A stretch of 64,000 nt of DNA from Alphaproteobacteria bacterium (GTDB lineage Bacteria > Pseudomonadota > Alphaproteobacteria > Bin95): assembly GCA_965205265.1 (NCBI GenBank), contig CBDBGH010000003.1, positions 2,208,001-2,272,000 on the forward strand, in the 5' to 3' direction. Positions 53,599-64,000 of this stretch are shown in pieces (positions within the stretch are counted from its first letter, which is position 1; each line of letters begins with the position of its first letter). The position numbers were made by a program, and so were the translations under genes. The notes beneath the pieces are model-generated. The model saw only the letters and a program-made list of their open reading frames with translations, was not told the origin of the DNA and ran no database searches.

Positions 53599-54447
53599 AT
53601 GAAGCTCGGCATTTTCAGCTACAACACGGAATACGGGACCCGGCCCGACGAGCTGGCGAAGGCCGCCGAGGAGCGGGGCTTCGAATCCCTCTGGGTCGGC
53701 GAGCACACCCACATTCCGGCGAGCCGCGAGACGCCCTATCCGGGCGGCGATCCCCTGCCGAAACCCTACTACCACATGGCCGACCCGTTCGTGTCGCTGA
53801 TGGCGGCGGCAGGCGCGACCTCCACCATCAAGGTCGGCACGGCCGTCTGCCTCGTCATCGAGCGCGACCCCATCGTGCTGGCGAAGGAGGCGGCGACGCT
53901 CGACTACCTCTCGGGCGGGCGCCTGCTGCTCGGCATAGGCGGCGGCTGGAACCGGGAGGAGATGGCCAATCACGGCACCGACTTCGCGCGCCGCTGGCAG
54001 GTGCTGCGGGAGCGCGTCGAGGCGATGAAGGCGATCTGGACGGAAGAGGAGGCGAGCTATGAAGGCGAGTTCGTCCGCTTCGAGCGCATCGTCTCCTATC
54101 CGAAGCCCGTCCAGCAGCCGCATCCGCCGGTCATCTATGGCGGCGCCACACCGCTCGGGCTGAAGCGCACCGTGCGCTATTGCGACGGCTGGATGCCGAT
54201 CGACGTGCTGCTGGCCGACTTCCCCGCCGCCGTCGCCGAGCTCGACCGGCAGGCCGAGGAAGCCGGGCGCGACCCGGCGTCCATCTCCGTCTCGGTTTTC
54301 GCCTTCAACGGCGCCAATGAGGAGGCGCTCAGGCGGCTCGCGGAGAACCCGCGCATCGAACGCGCCGTGCTGGTGGCGCCCCGCTACACGGAGAAGGCGC
54401 TGCCGTTCCTCGACGCGTTCGGCGCGCTCATCCCCGCATTGGCCTGA
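53599..54447 (+). CDS. LLM-class (F420-dependent-type) oxidoreductase
   Basis: GFESLWVGEHTH, DPFVSL, LSGGRLLLGIGGGWN.EE, PKPVQ. Confidence 0.88.
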   Translation: MKLGIFSYNTEYGTRPDELAKAAEERGFESLWVGEHTHIPASRETPYPGGDPLPKPYYHMADPFVSLMAAAGATSTIKVGTAVCLVIERDPIVLAKEAATLDYLSGGRLLLGIGGGWNREEMANHGTDFARRWQVLRERVEAMKAIWTEEEASYEGEFVRFERIVSYPKPVQQPHPPVIYGGATPLGLKRTVRYCDGWMPIDVLLADFPAAVAELDRQAEEAGRDPASISVSVFAFNGANEEALRRLAENPRIERAVLVAPRYTEKALPFLDAFGALIPALA

Positions 54448-56071
54448 GGCCGGCCGCGAGCTCGCGCAGGCGGTATTTCTGGATCTTCCCGGACGCCGTG
54501 CGCGGCATGGCGTCGATCAATTCCAAGCGTTCCGGCAGGTAAGGCTTCGCCAGCCGGCGCTCCAGCAGGAAGCCGCACATCGCCTCGAAGGTCAGCGCGT
54601 CCGCCTCCGGGTGGAGCGTGACGAAGGCGCAGGCGCGCTCGCCCAGGCGCTCGTCCGGCATGGCGACGATGGCGCAGTCCGCCACGCCCGGATGGCGGTA
54701 AAGCAGCTCCTCCACCTCGACCACGGGAATGTTCTCGCCGCCACGGATGATGATGTCCTTCGACCGTCCGGAGATCCGGATATAGCCGTCGGCGTCCATC
54801 CGGGCGTTGTCCCCGGTCTCGAACCAGCCGTCCTCGTCGGTGTCATAGCGCTCCGGGCGCTTCAGGTAGCCGACGAACTGGCCCGCGCCGCGCACCTGCA
54901 GGCGCCCTTCCTCCTCGTCCGGAACCGGCAATCCGTCCTCCCCGACCACGCGCACTTCCAGGCAGGAAACCGCGCATCCGTCCGTGCCGAACACGCGCTC
55001 CGGCGGGTCCGATTTCCGCGTGCCCGAGCCGAAGCCGTTCTCGGTCATGCCCCAGCCGGAATGGACGAAGCAGCCGAGGCGCTCGCTCGCCCGCTCCACC
55101 AGCACGCGCGGGATCGGCGCGCCGGCGGAGACGAAGGTTTCCAGCGTCGAGATGTCGTAGCGGTCCAGCACCGGGCTGTTCGTGAGATCGGCCAGGAAGG
55201 GCGTCGCCCCCATGGTGAAGGTCACCGCCTCGTCCCGGATCAGCCTCAGTGCCGCCTCCGGGTCCCAGATGTCGAGATAGCAGGTCTTGGCGCCGAGCAC
55301 GGGCGAGAGAATAAGGCCGTACATGAAGCCCGTCTGGTGGGCGAGCGGCGAGCCCATCAGGATCGCCGTGTCCTCGCCGAGCCCGATGCGCTCCACATAG
55401 CTCATCACCATGGCGAGCAGCGTGTTGGAGGTGTGCATCACGCCTTTGGGCTCGCCGGTCGTGCCGGAGGTGTAGAGAAGCTGGATCACCTCGTCCGGCT
55501 CCGGCCTGCCGGCCGCGAACACCGCTCCGGCGTCCACGTCCCGCTCCAGCCCGGGGTCCAGCAGCGCCGCCTCGAAATTGTCGCCGATGACGAACAGGTG
55601 CTCCAGCTTCGGCAGGGACGGGCAGAGCTCCCGCGCCATCGCCGCATGGTCGTGCCCCCGGAAGACGCCCGGCGTCACCAGCGCCTTCGCGTCCGCGAAA
55701 TCGAGCATGAAGGAGAGCTCGCGCTCGCGGAAGATCGGCATCAGCGGATTGGAGCAGACGCCGAGGCGCAGGCAGGCGATATGCAGGCAGTAGAACTGCC
55801 ACCAGTTGGGAAGCTGGAAGGCGAGCACATCCCCGCGCCCGAGCCCGTGCGCATGGAGGCCGAGCGCCATCCTGTCGGACAGCCGCCTGAGCTGGCGCCA
55901 GGAGAGGGTCGTCTCGCCGCCGTCCCCCACCCGCCGGGCGACCACCGCGACGGCGTCCGGCTTGCGCGCGACCGCCTCGTCGAAATAGTCGAGCAGGGTG
56001 CGGTCGCGCCAGTGGCCTTCCGCGCGGTGCGTCTCGCCCCTCCAGACGGGCAGGATCGGATCGAAGATCAT
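54428..56071 (-). CDS. AMP-dependent acyl-CoA ligase (cyclohexanecarboxylate-CoA ligase-like)
   Basis: YTSGTTGEPKG, WGMTE, TGD, RGGENI, SGKIQK. Confidence 0.88.
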   Translation of the reverse strand: MIFDPILPVWRGETHRAEGHWRDRTLLDYFDEAVARKPDAVAVVARRVGDGGETTLSWRQLRRLSDRMALGLHAHGLGRGDVLAFQLPNWWQFYCLHIACLRLGVCSNPLMPIFRERELSFMLDFADAKALVTPGVFRGHDHAAMARELCPSLPKLEHLFVIGDNFEAALLDPGLERDVDAGAVFAAGRPEPDEVIQLLYTSGTTGEPKGVMHTSNTLLAMVMSYVERIGLGEDTAILMGSPLAHQTGFMYGLILSPVLGAKTCYLDIWDPEAALRLIRDEAVTFTMGATPFLADLTNSPVLDRYDISTLETFVSAGAPIPRVLVERASERLGCFVHSGWGMTENGFGSGTRKSDPPERVFGTDGCAVSCLEVRVVGEDGLPVPDEEEGRLQVRGAGQFVGYLKRPERYDTDEDGWFETGDNARMDADGYIRISGRSKDIIIRGGENIPVVEVEELLYRHPGVADCAIVAMPDERLGERACAFVTLHPEADALTFEAMCGFLLERRLAKPYLPERLELIDAMPRTASGKIQKYRLRELAAGLRPMRG

Positions 56072-56184
56072 CGGCGCTCCCCGATAGCCGTGAATGGCAT
56101 CCTTCGCATCGTCGAATCCTTCCCCGAATGCCGGGCCGCTCGCTTGACCCGCCGGCGCGGAGCGGCTAGAAGCCGCCCCTTGTC

Positions 56185-56260
<76 letters not shown>

Positions 56261-56288
56261 TTCCCTTCCCCGCTGTCGACCCGCCCTG

Positions 56289-56600
56289 TCAGGCGTCCGT
56301 CAGCACGTGGATCGTCCGGCTGGCGAGCAGGTCCTTCACCTTCGCCGCATAGGCGGCCATATGGGCGGACGCGCCATGCGCGCGGAGCGCCTCCAGGCTC
56401 GCCCATTTCTCCACCACGACGAAGGTGTCCTCGCCGTATTTCGTCTGGATCGCGCCCGCTTCGGCGTCCACGGCCGCGCCGTATTCGATGCAGCCGTCCT
56501 CCGCATGCACCGCCGGCACATTGGCGTTGAAGGCTTCCAGCACCTCGGCGCGGCAGCCGGGCTTGGCCTGGATGACGGCGATGACATGGACCCTGGACAT
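56289..56600 (-). CDS. Antibiotic biosynthesis monooxygenase (ABM)-domain protein
   Basis: AEDGCIEY, VVEKWASLEAL.AH..HM. Confidence 0.85.
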   Translation of the reverse strand: MSRVHVIAVIQAKPGCRAEVLEAFNANVPAVHAEDGCIEYGAAVDAEAGAIQTKYGEDTFVVVEKWASLEALRAHGASAHMAAYAAKVKDLLASRTIHVLTDA

Positions 56601-56715
56601 TCGTCTTCTCCTCTCTCCGCCGCCCTCGCGGCAACGGTCGTCGGGGCGTTATTGACCGCTTTCGGCCGCCGGGGTCAAGATTGGGACAGTTCCCGGTTCC
56701 CGGAGGCCATGTCCG

Positions 56716-58860
56716 ATGCCCGAAGCGCGCGCCCTCTGCTCTTCCTGCGACATCTACTGCCAGGTCACGGTCGAGACCGCAGGCGGAGAGGTCGCCCGGG
56801 TCAAGGCGATCGACCCGAGGCCGGGCCGGGCCAATATCTGCATGAAGGGCGTGCATGCGCCCGCCGGCTTCGCCCATCCCGACCGGGTGCTGCATCCGCT
56901 CCGCCGCAAGGGGCCGCGCGGGTCCGGGGAATGGGAACGGGTCGGCTGGGACGAGGCGCTGGACGACATCGCCGAACGCCTTCACCGGGTCGTGGACCGC
57001 TACGGGCCGGAAGGGTTCGCGGTCTCGACGAGCTCCTGGAACACGCAGACCGACCAGGGCATGTGCCGGCGCTTCATGAACCTTGTCGGCTCGCCGAACT
57101 GGATTTCCGGCGTGGCGCTCTGCGCCGGCAATACGGCCGCCGTCAACCGGCTGGTCTATGGCTGGTTCCCCTATCCGGATTTCACGAAAACGAACTGCAT
57201 CGTGCTCTTCGGGCACAACCCGAAGCCGCATTCCTGGACGCCGGAATACAACGCCATCCGCCGCGCGCAGGAACGCGGGGCCAGGCTGATCGTGCTGGAC
57301 CCGCGCCGGTCGGAAAACGCCGGGCTTGCCGACATCTGGCTGCCGCTCAAGGTCGGCACCGACGCCGCCATGTGTTTCGGCTGGCTCAAGGTCATCATGG
57401 ACGAGGGCCTCTGGGACCGGGATTTCGTCAGGCGCTGGACGGCGGGGTTCGACGAGCTCCGGGCGCGCGTGGACGAGTTTCCGCTGGACCGGGTCGCGGA
57501 GATCACCGGCGTCGCGCCGGACCGGATCGCCGAGGCCGCGCGGCTCTATGCACAGTCAGGCCCGGCGGTCATCCCCTGGTCGCCGATCACCGACCAGCAG
57601 CGCAACTCGACCTCCGCCATCCGCCTGCAGGCGATCCTGCGCGCGATCTGCGGCAATCTCGACGTGCCGGGCGGCGAGGTGCTGCACGGCTTCCACCCGC
57701 GCATCGTGCCGGAGACGGACCTGGAGTTTCACGACGCGCTGCCCGAGGCGCAGAAGGCGAAGCAGCTCGGGTCCGATACGCACCCCGTTTTCACCTATCG
57801 CGGCGCGGCGCCGCTCGAAGAGCCGACCTTGCGCGTCTGGGGCCGGCGCTACGCCAACATCGTGTCGGGCTGCTACATGGCCACGCCCTCGGCCGTGTTC
57901 CGCGCCATGGCGGACGGCGAGCCCTATCCGGTCAAGGCCTTCTTCGCGCTCGGCAACAACACGCTGCTGAGCTTCGCCAACATGCAGCTGATTCACAGGG
58001 CGCTGCTGAACCAGGACCTGCTCGTCGCCTTCGAGCACATGAAGACGCCGACGGCCGCGCTCTCGGACTACATCCTGCCGGGCGATGCCTGGACGGAGCG
58101 CAAGGCGCTGGCGGACGGCTTCGGCTGGACCGCCATCTGCCGCACGTCGCAGCAGGCCGTCGAGCCGCCCGGCGAAGCGCGCAGCGTTTACGATTTCTGG
58201 CGCGGCCTCGCAGTCCGGTTCGGCCTCGGCAATCATTTCCCGTGGGAGACGGCCGACGCCCTGCTGGACCACCGCGTCGCGGGCCTCGGCATGGATTTCG
58301 ACAGCTTCGCCCGGGAGCACGCCGCGCATACGGACGGCCTGCGGTTCCGGAAATACGAACGGACGGGTTTCGCGACGCCTTCCGGCAAGGTCGAGCTTTC
58401 CTCCTCTGTGCTCGCCGGGTTCGGCTTCGACCCCCTGCCCTACTGGCGCGAGGAGCCGGCGGGACCGGAGGACATGCCGCTTCGCCTCTTCACGGGGCTA
58501 CGCGAGGACGCCTATTTCCAGACCGGCCACCGCCATATCGCGGCGCTCAGGGCGCGCGCGCCCGAGCCGCTGCTGTTCCTGCATCCCGAGGATGCGATGG
58601 AGGCCGGCATCGCCGACGGCGAGCCCGCGGTCGCCCGGACGGCTCAGGGGCAGGTCCGCATGAAGGCGGCGGTTCGCGACGACATGCAGAAGGGCCTGGT
58701 GCGGATACCGCATGGCTGGTGGCTGCCGGAAGTCGGGCTGGAGAGCGCCTGGGAGATGGCCGACGCCCAGCTCTGCCCCGACGACGAGGACTTCCTCGAC
58801 CGCGAACAGGGCATCCCCCACTTCAAGGGCATCCCCTGCCGGGTCGCGCCGGCGGCTTAG
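56716..58860 (+). CDS. Mo/W-bis-PGD enzyme, acetylene hydratase-like
   Basis: CSSCDIYC..CMKG 4Fe-4S motif; RRFMNLVGSPNW..LCAGNT; no Tat signal. Confidence 0.85.
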   Translation: MPEARALCSSCDIYCQVTVETAGGEVARVKAIDPRPGRANICMKGVHAPAGFAHPDRVLHPLRRKGPRGSGEWERVGWDEALDDIAERLHRVVDRYGPEGFAVSTSSWNTQTDQGMCRRFMNLVGSPNWISGVALCAGNTAAVNRLVYGWFPYPDFTKTNCIVLFGHNPKPHSWTPEYNAIRRAQERGARLIVLDPRRSENAGLADIWLPLKVGTDAAMCFGWLKVIMDEGLWDRDFVRRWTAGFDELRARVDEFPLDRVAEITGVAPDRIAEAARLYAQSGPAVIPWSPITDQQRNSTSAIRLQAILRAICGNLDVPGGEVLHGFHPRIVPETDLEFHDALPEAQKAKQLGSDTHPVFTYRGAAPLEEPTLRVWGRRYANIVSGCYMATPSAVFRAMADGEPYPVKAFFALGNNTLLSFANMQLIHRALLNQDLLVAFEHMKTPTAALSDYILPGDAWTERKALADGFGWTAICRTSQQAVEPPGEARSVYDFWRGLAVRFGLGNHFPWETADALLDHRVAGLGMDFDSFAREHAAHTDGLRFRKYERTGFATPSGKVELSSSVLAGFGFDPLPYWREEPAGPEDMPLRLFTGLREDAYFQTGHRHIAALRARAPEPLLFLHPEDAMEAGIADGEPAVARTAQGQVRMKAAVRDDMQKGLVRIPHGWWLPEVGLESAWEMADAQLCPDDEDFLDREQGIPHFKGIPCRVAPAA

Positions 58861-58961
58861 GGCGCGGTCCGCTTCGGGCCAACCGACGGTCGTTCGGCGG
58901 GCGGCCGCCCGTCGCCCGTTTCGGGCCGAGGCGGCGCGGCAGAGCGGCAGGGTCCCCTGCG

Positions 58962-59034
58962 ATGTGTCATGCGATGTCATGTTCTGTCATGCAGCGCGCT
59001 GCACCTTCCCCGCAATGTGTCATGCGATGTCATG
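58962..59034. repeat. 20-bp direct repeat built from 10-bp-phased TGTCATG units
   Basis: atgtgtcatgcgatgtcatg at 58962 and 59015. Confidence 0.85.
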
Positions 59035-59219
59035 ATCTGCATGCGCAGGTCTTATGTCCTGTCGCCGTTTCGAGCATGAGGTTCATCCTTCCCTGCCCCC
59101 CTTCCGTCGCCTGCGAAGGAGAGCCTGCCCCGGACCACGATCCGGGGGTCGGGGCGGGAGGCTGTCTTTCGTCCTGCCAGGGCCTTGCCAAGCCGCACAG
59201 CCGCCGGGCCCTCTCCCGG

Positions 59220-59241
59220 CCTCTCCCGCGAGCGGGAGAGG
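59220..59241. repeat. REP-like palindrome
   Basis: cctctcccgc-ga-gcgggagagg. Confidence 0.7.
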
Positions 59242-59723
59242 GGATTTGCGGCGGCAAACCCTTCCTTCCGAAGCTCCGTCCCCCTGCATCCTGAATATCG
59301 TTCCGTCATCCCGTTTCGTTCCATTCTGTTCCGTCCGCCCCGCCGCCGGCCGGGCCGTGCAGCGGGACCCTAATTCGCGCGTATCCTGCGCGGGCGCCCG
59401 CGCCCGTGGGCGCACGTTTCGCGGCGGCGCGGTTCGCGCGCCCGATTGCCCGCGTGCGCATGCGCGCACGGGCCGAACGCAGGGTGCACCTCGCCCGTCT
59501 GTTTCTAGGGCATTTTTTCGCGCCGGCGCCGACGCGGGAGACGGCGCAACCTCCAGATCACTCCGCCCGACCCAATATAGCTTATGATTCCTATATATCA
59601 ATTTATACTAAGAAATATTTCTAATTTCTTACGAACAAATATTTCTTTCGATCCTGTCACTGTGCGGACAGTCCGTTAAGCCGGGTCGAATCCCGCCCCG
59701 AGTACAGAACCCCCTTTTGATAG

Positions 59724-59830
59724 AGTTACATTCCCATCCGAGCCCGAAATCGCCGCCCCGGCCCGCGAGCCGGGTCCATCCACAACTGTTTCGGTCCGGT
59801 GGAAAGGCCGGGAGATGGACCCCGGATCGT
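59724..59830. repeat. 107-bp target duplication of IS1634 copy 4 (second copy at 61747-61853)
   Basis: agttacattccc...ccccggatcgt on both sides. Confidence 0.95.
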
Positions 59831-61746
59831 CCTGACTTCGACGGTTGATTCGCATAAGTAGTTGATATTGCCTGGTTCTCATTTCGGCTAGGCACTACAT
59901 CCGGCATTTCTTCGAGCCGTGCTTCGTCGACGGTCAGGCGAGTTGATACGGGGTGATCGTCAGGGGCAGCCCCATGGTTGCGTAAATCTGCTCCGCCGCC
60001 GGTGTCGGCTTCGAGGGGATGACGTAGCGGTTGCCCGATTGCCGACAGCGCAGCAGGGAGCACTGGCGGTGGACGAGGGCGGAGCGGATGACCTCCGGGG
60101 ACATCCGCCGCTTCTGGATGGCGACGCGGTACGCAAGGTGTCGAACGCAGGCGAAGGCCAGGAAGGCGATGGCGATGTGAGCGCGGATCCGGTCCGGGTT
60201 CCAGTGCCAGATGGGACGTATCTTCAGGTCGTGTTTGGTGATCCGGAAGCTCTCCTCGACCTGCCAGAGCCCCTGGTAGTGAGCCATCACTTCGGTGACG
60301 CGCGCGTCGCGCAGATTGGTGATGACGCCGGTGAGCCCGTCCCATCGTGCGGCCTCGGCGATCTTCTCCGGGTTCACCGTGAGCCGTGCGTCGCCCTCGA
60401 CGGCGATGAAGCGCTTCGCCCCGTGATTGGAGAGCAGTTCCCTGGGATTGTCGCTGCGGGCCAGCCTGTCGAGCAGGCGTTCCACCTGATGGCGGCGCTC
60501 GTGCGCGTCCTTGCGTGCGCGCTGGGGGCAGAAGACGACGATCAGGCGACGGCCCTTGTACTCCCACTCGCCGACCCGGCGGTCCTGTGAGCCCTCCAGC
60601 GGGGCATAGGTCCCGGGGTCGAGAACCTGCCCCAGCAGCGCGAGCGGCAGCTTGCGCAGCCGCGCGCCGACGACATACTCGCCGCCGATGGCGTCCATGG
60701 CGTCGAGGTTGTCGGCGCTCAGCATGCCCCGGTCGGCCACGCATACCGTGCGCTCCACCTGGTGGCGGCGCTGCATGTCCTGCAGGACCGGGACCATGCT
60801 GTGTCCCTCGTAGGTGGCGCCGGGGAAGACCTCGTAGCTGATCGGCAGCCCTTCGCGCGTCACCATCAGCGCCAGCAGAACCTGCGAGTCCTTGTGTTTG
60901 CCGTCCTTGCTGAAGCCGTGCTGGCGAAGCTCGTCCTCGGCGGCCGTCTCGAAGTAGAGCGTGGTGCAATCGAAGAAGAGGATCGCGACCGGCTCCGGCA
61001 GCAGCGACCGGCTCGCCTCGCCGACGCGCGTGCGCAGTCGCTCGATCACCGTCGCGTCGAGCTGATCCATCATCCGGTAGACCTTCTCGAGCGGAAGACT
61101 CACGCCGAAGTCCTCCTCGAGCCGGCGCACGCTGCCCCGCTTGCTGTCGGGGTTGGCTACCCGCGCCATCACCACATGGAACAGCGCGTCATGGGAGGCC
61201 CGGTAGCGCGAGCGCGGCAGCAGCGCGTCGAGGCCCAGCAGCCGGTAGATCTCGCCATAGACCTCGTGGATGCCTGTGATCAGGCGCTGCTCCTCTTCAA
61301 GCTGCTTGAGGTCGACCGGGAGTTCCTCCTTGCCGTCCCCCCGGCGGCCGACACGGATCGCCTGCTCAGCGATCTTCTCGGGCGCAAACAATGCCGGCTG
61401 ACGCTCGTCCTCCAGCTTCGCCTTGACGTACTCGCCGAGCTGCCTCAGGCGCTCGAGCTCGTCCTCGTCCATGGCCACGCCGACATGGCGGACGATGCGC
61501 TGTCGGACCTTGCCGCCGTCGCGCACGGCCTCGACGATCTGGACCGAGCGTCGCGGGCTGTTGGGGGAGGTCTTGATGCGCACGAACATGGGGGGAGTGT
61601 AGCGCGTGGCGGAGGCATTGACAGTCTCAAAGATTTACTAGGCACTACAACGCAGCTTGACCGCACCGCAACTGCCAACTCATTGGCTTTACTGAAAACT
61701 CCAGACGCGAGATCGGTCAGAAGTCAGCCCAACCGTCGAAGTCAGG
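59831..61746 (-). mobile_element. IS1634-family element copy 4 (1916 bp)
   Basis: Same IRs and ORF as the other copies; 107-bp DR. Confidence 0.95.
59934..61589 (-). CDS. IS1634-family transposase, 551 aa
   Basis: Translation identical to copies 2 and 3. Confidence 0.93.
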   Translation of the reverse strand: MFVRIKTSPNSPRRSVQIVEAVRDGGKVRQRIVRHVGVAMDEDELERLRQLGEYVKAKLEDERQPALFAPEKIAEQAIRVGRRGDGKEELPVDLKQLEEEQRLITGIHEVYGEIYRLLGLDALLPRSRYRASHDALFHVVMARVANPDSKRGSVRRLEEDFGVSLPLEKVYRMMDQLDATVIERLRTRVGEASRSLLPEPVAILFFDCTTLYFETAAEDELRQHGFSKDGKHKDSQVLLALMVTREGLPISYEVFPGATYEGHSMVPVLQDMQRRHQVERTVCVADRGMLSADNLDAMDAIGGEYVVGARLRKLPLALLGQVLDPGTYAPLEGSQDRRVGEWEYKGRRLIVVFCPQRARKDAHERRHQVERLLDRLARSDNPRELLSNHGAKRFIAVEGDARLTVNPEKIAEAARWDGLTGVITNLRDARVTEVMAHYQGLWQVEESFRITKHDLKIRPIWHWNPDRIRAHIAIAFLAFACVRHLAYRVAIQKRRMSPEVIRSALVHRQCSLLRCRQSGNRYVIPSKPTPAAEQIYATMGLPLTITPYQLA

Positions 61747-61773
61747 AGTTACATTCCCATCCGAGCCCGAAAT

Positions 61774-61878
61774 CGCCGCCCCGGCCCGCGAGCCGGGTCC
61801 ATCCACAACTGTTTCGGTCCGGTGGAAAGGCCGGGAGATGGACCCCGGATCGTCACTGGCGTGCCGTCCGGGGTGACG
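61774..61878. repeat. REP-like bipartite palindrome downstream of prfB
   Basis: cccggc..gccggg and accccgga..tccggggt hairpins; related to 5809-5921. Confidence 0.65.
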
Positions 61879-61887
61879 GCTAGGACT

Positions 61888-63010
61888 CTACCCTCCCTCC
61901 GCCGACCGGTCCGCCCCCACCCTTGCGGCCAGGGCGGCGCTCAGGAAGTCGTCGATATTGCCGTCGAGCACGCCCTGGGCGTTGCCCTTTTCGACGCCGG
62001 TGCGCAGGTCCTTCACCATCTGGTAGGGCTGGAGCACATAGGAGCGGATCTGGTTGCCCCAGCCGATGTCGGCCTTCGCCGCCTGCTCGGCCGCGGCTTC
62101 GGCCTCGCGCCGCTGGAGTTCGTGCTCATAGAGCCTGGCCTTCAGCATCGCCATGGCCGTTGCCCGGTTGCGGTGCTGCGAGCGGTCGTTCTGGCACTGG
62201 ACGACGATGTTCGTCGGCAGATGCGTGATCCGGACGGCGCTCTCGGTCTTGTTGACATGCTGCCCGCCGGCGCCAGAGGCGCGATAGACATCCACCCGGA
62301 GCTCGCTCTCGTCGATCTCGACCTCGATCCGGTCGTCCACCACCGGATAGACCCAGGCCGAGGCGAAGCTGGTATGGCGGCGCGACTGGCTGTCGAAGGG
62401 CGAGATGCGCACCAGGCGATGGACGCCGCTCTCGGTCTTCAGCCAGCCGTATGCGTTCTCGCCCTTTATGCGCACGGAGGCGGACTTGATGCCAGCCTCC
62501 TCGCCCGGGCTTTCCTCCAGCCATTCCAGCTTGTAGCCGCCGGCGTCGGCCCAGCGGACATACATGCGCAGCAGCATCTCGGCCCAGTCCTGCGCCTCCG
62601 TGCCGCCCGCACCGGCATTGACCTCCAGATAGCAGTCATTGCCGTCGGCCTCGCCGGACAGCAGGCTTTCCAGCCTGCGGCGCGCGGCCCGGTCCCGAAT
62701 CGATTCGAGTTCGGCTTCGGCTTCCGCTTGCGCGCCCTCGTCCTCTTCCGCCTCGCCGAGCTCGTAAAGCGTGACCGCGTCTTCCAGCGCGCCTTCGAGC
62801 GCGCGGTAGCCTTCCAGCCCGCCGGCCAGCCGCGTCCGTTCGCGCATCACCTCCTGGGCGCGCGCCGGGTCGTTCCAGAGTTCGGGCGCTTCGGCCTCGG
62901 CATTCAGCGCCTCAAGGCGCGCCGTGGATGCGTCCCAGTCAAAGATGCCTCCGGATGAGGGCAAGGCTGTCGCGAATATCGTCCACAAGGGCCTGCGCTT
63001 CGGCACGCAT
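61888..63010 (-). CDS. prfB: Peptide chain release factor 2 with programmed +1 frameshift
   Basis: MRAEAQ..RRHL, then CTT TGA C at 62944-62938 with GGAGG just upstream; SPF and GGQ motifs. Confidence 0.96.
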
Positions 63011-63041
63011 CGAACGGTCTCCAACGAATCCGGAAGTCGGG

Positions 63042-64000
63042 TCAGTATATACCGGAAACGCCTTCGCCGCTTCCCGCCGGCAGGCGGCCGGGCTCTCCGG
63101 GGCGGGGCTCGGTTCCGGGCTTGAAGGCCTCCAGGATGATATCGGCCTCGCCGGGCGCCGCGGGCTTGCCGCTGGTGCGCCCGACCCGCACGAAAGACAT
63201 GCCGGGCGGAATCCGGAAGGGCGCCGCCGGGGCCTTGTCGAGGGCCTCGCGCATGAAGGCGCCGAACACGGGCGCCGCCACCGAGGAGCCCGTTTCCGCA
63301 TGGCCGAGCGTGCGGGGCCGGTCGAAGCCGACATAGACGCCGACCACAAGGTCGGAGGCGAAACCGACGAACCAGGCATCGACATAATCGCTCGTCGTGC
63401 CCGTCTTTCCGGCAAGCGGCTTGCCGACTGCCCTGAGCCGGCGTCCGGTGCCGCGCAGCACCGCGCCTTCCAGCATGGACACCACCTGATAGACGCTTTG
63501 CGGGTCGGCAATCCGTTCGCGCGGGTCCGGCGGATAAGGCACTTCCGGCCTCAGCTCCTCAAGCGCATTGCAATCCGCGCAGACCCGGCGTTCATGGCGG
63601 AAGACGGTTAGCCCGTGGCGGTCCTGGACGCGGTCGATGAGCGTCGGCGAGATGCGCCGGCCGCCATTGGCGAGCATGGCGTAGGCGGCCGTCATCCGGG
63701 AGAGCGTCGTCTCGCCCGCGCCGAGCGACATCGACAGCACCTCGGGCATTTCGTCCTGGATGCCGAACCGGCCCGCAATGGCCGCGACATCGCCCATGCC
63801 GACGGCCTGCGCGAGGCGCACCGTCATCAGGTTGCGGGATTTCTCAATGCCGATCCGCATCGGGACGATGCCGTGGAAGGAGCCGGAGTAGTTTTGCGGC
63901 CGCCAGAGGCCGAGGCCGGCGCCCTGGTCGATGACAATGGGCATGTCGGCCAGCAAGGTCGCCGGCGTGTAGCCCTCCTGCAGCGCCGCCAGGTAAACGA
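63042..64000 (-). CDS. mrcA: Penicillin-binding protein 1A, C-terminal part
   Basis: SRN, LGAGET, GKTGT, DAWFVGF. Confidence 0.9.
   Translation of the reverse strand, partial: VYLAALQEGYTPATLLADMPIVIDQGAGLGLWRPQNYSGSFHGIVPMRIGIEKSRNLMTVRLAQAVGMGDVAAIAGRFGIQDEMPEVLSMSLGAGETTLSRMTAAYAMLANGGRRISPTLIDRVQDRHGLTVFRHERRVCADCNALEELRPEVPYPPDPRERIADPQSVYQVVSMLEGAVLRGTGRRLRAVGKPLAGKTGTTSDYVDAWFVGFASDLVVGVYVGFDRPRTLGHAETGSSVAAPVFGAFMREALDKAPAAPFRIPPGMSFVRVGRTSGKPAAPGEADIILEAFKPGTEPRPGEPGRLPAGSGEGVSGIY

Noticed and set aside
58962-59034. TGTCAT repeats as Pho boxes
   Set aside because: The period is 10 bp rather than the 11 bp of Pho boxes, and no gene start is nearby; kept only as an unexplained repeat.
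62938-62944. In-frame stop in prfB as a pseudogene or novelty
   Set aside because: Classic CTT-TGA-C autoregulatory +1 frameshift.

Overview
GC-rich alphaproteobacterial chromosome segment. Housekeeping and catabolic genes: photolyase, 5'-nucleotidase, an ABC transporter, paaABCDE, GcvT-like dehydrogenase, HU, ccmDEFGHI, ppk1-ppx, rnd, aspS, hemB, panC, a TRAP transporter, tRNA-Phe, prfB and PBP1A. These are interspersed with several intact or decayed toxin-antitoxin loci and six insertion sequences. Main results: (1) Four apparently identical 1916-bp IS1634-family elements carry very long, variable target duplications (161, 46, 51 and 107 bp, or 163/48/53/109 counting an ambiguous terminal G/C). 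All 8 junctions share a G with the target and 7 of 8 read GTCAG|GA, suggesting each end picks its own target motif. Two copies hit the same mazF/pemK toxin gene and one carries a nested IS21. (2) A molybdopterin enzyme has the catalytic signature of acetylene hydratase (CxxCD, Cys ligand), with Ala in place of the pocket Ile. (3) A near-perfect 27-bp direct repeat brackets ppk1. (4) An unexplained ~850-bp non-coding region has 10-bp-phased repeats and an AT-rich tract. Family assignments come from motif recognition by eye, not from database searches.
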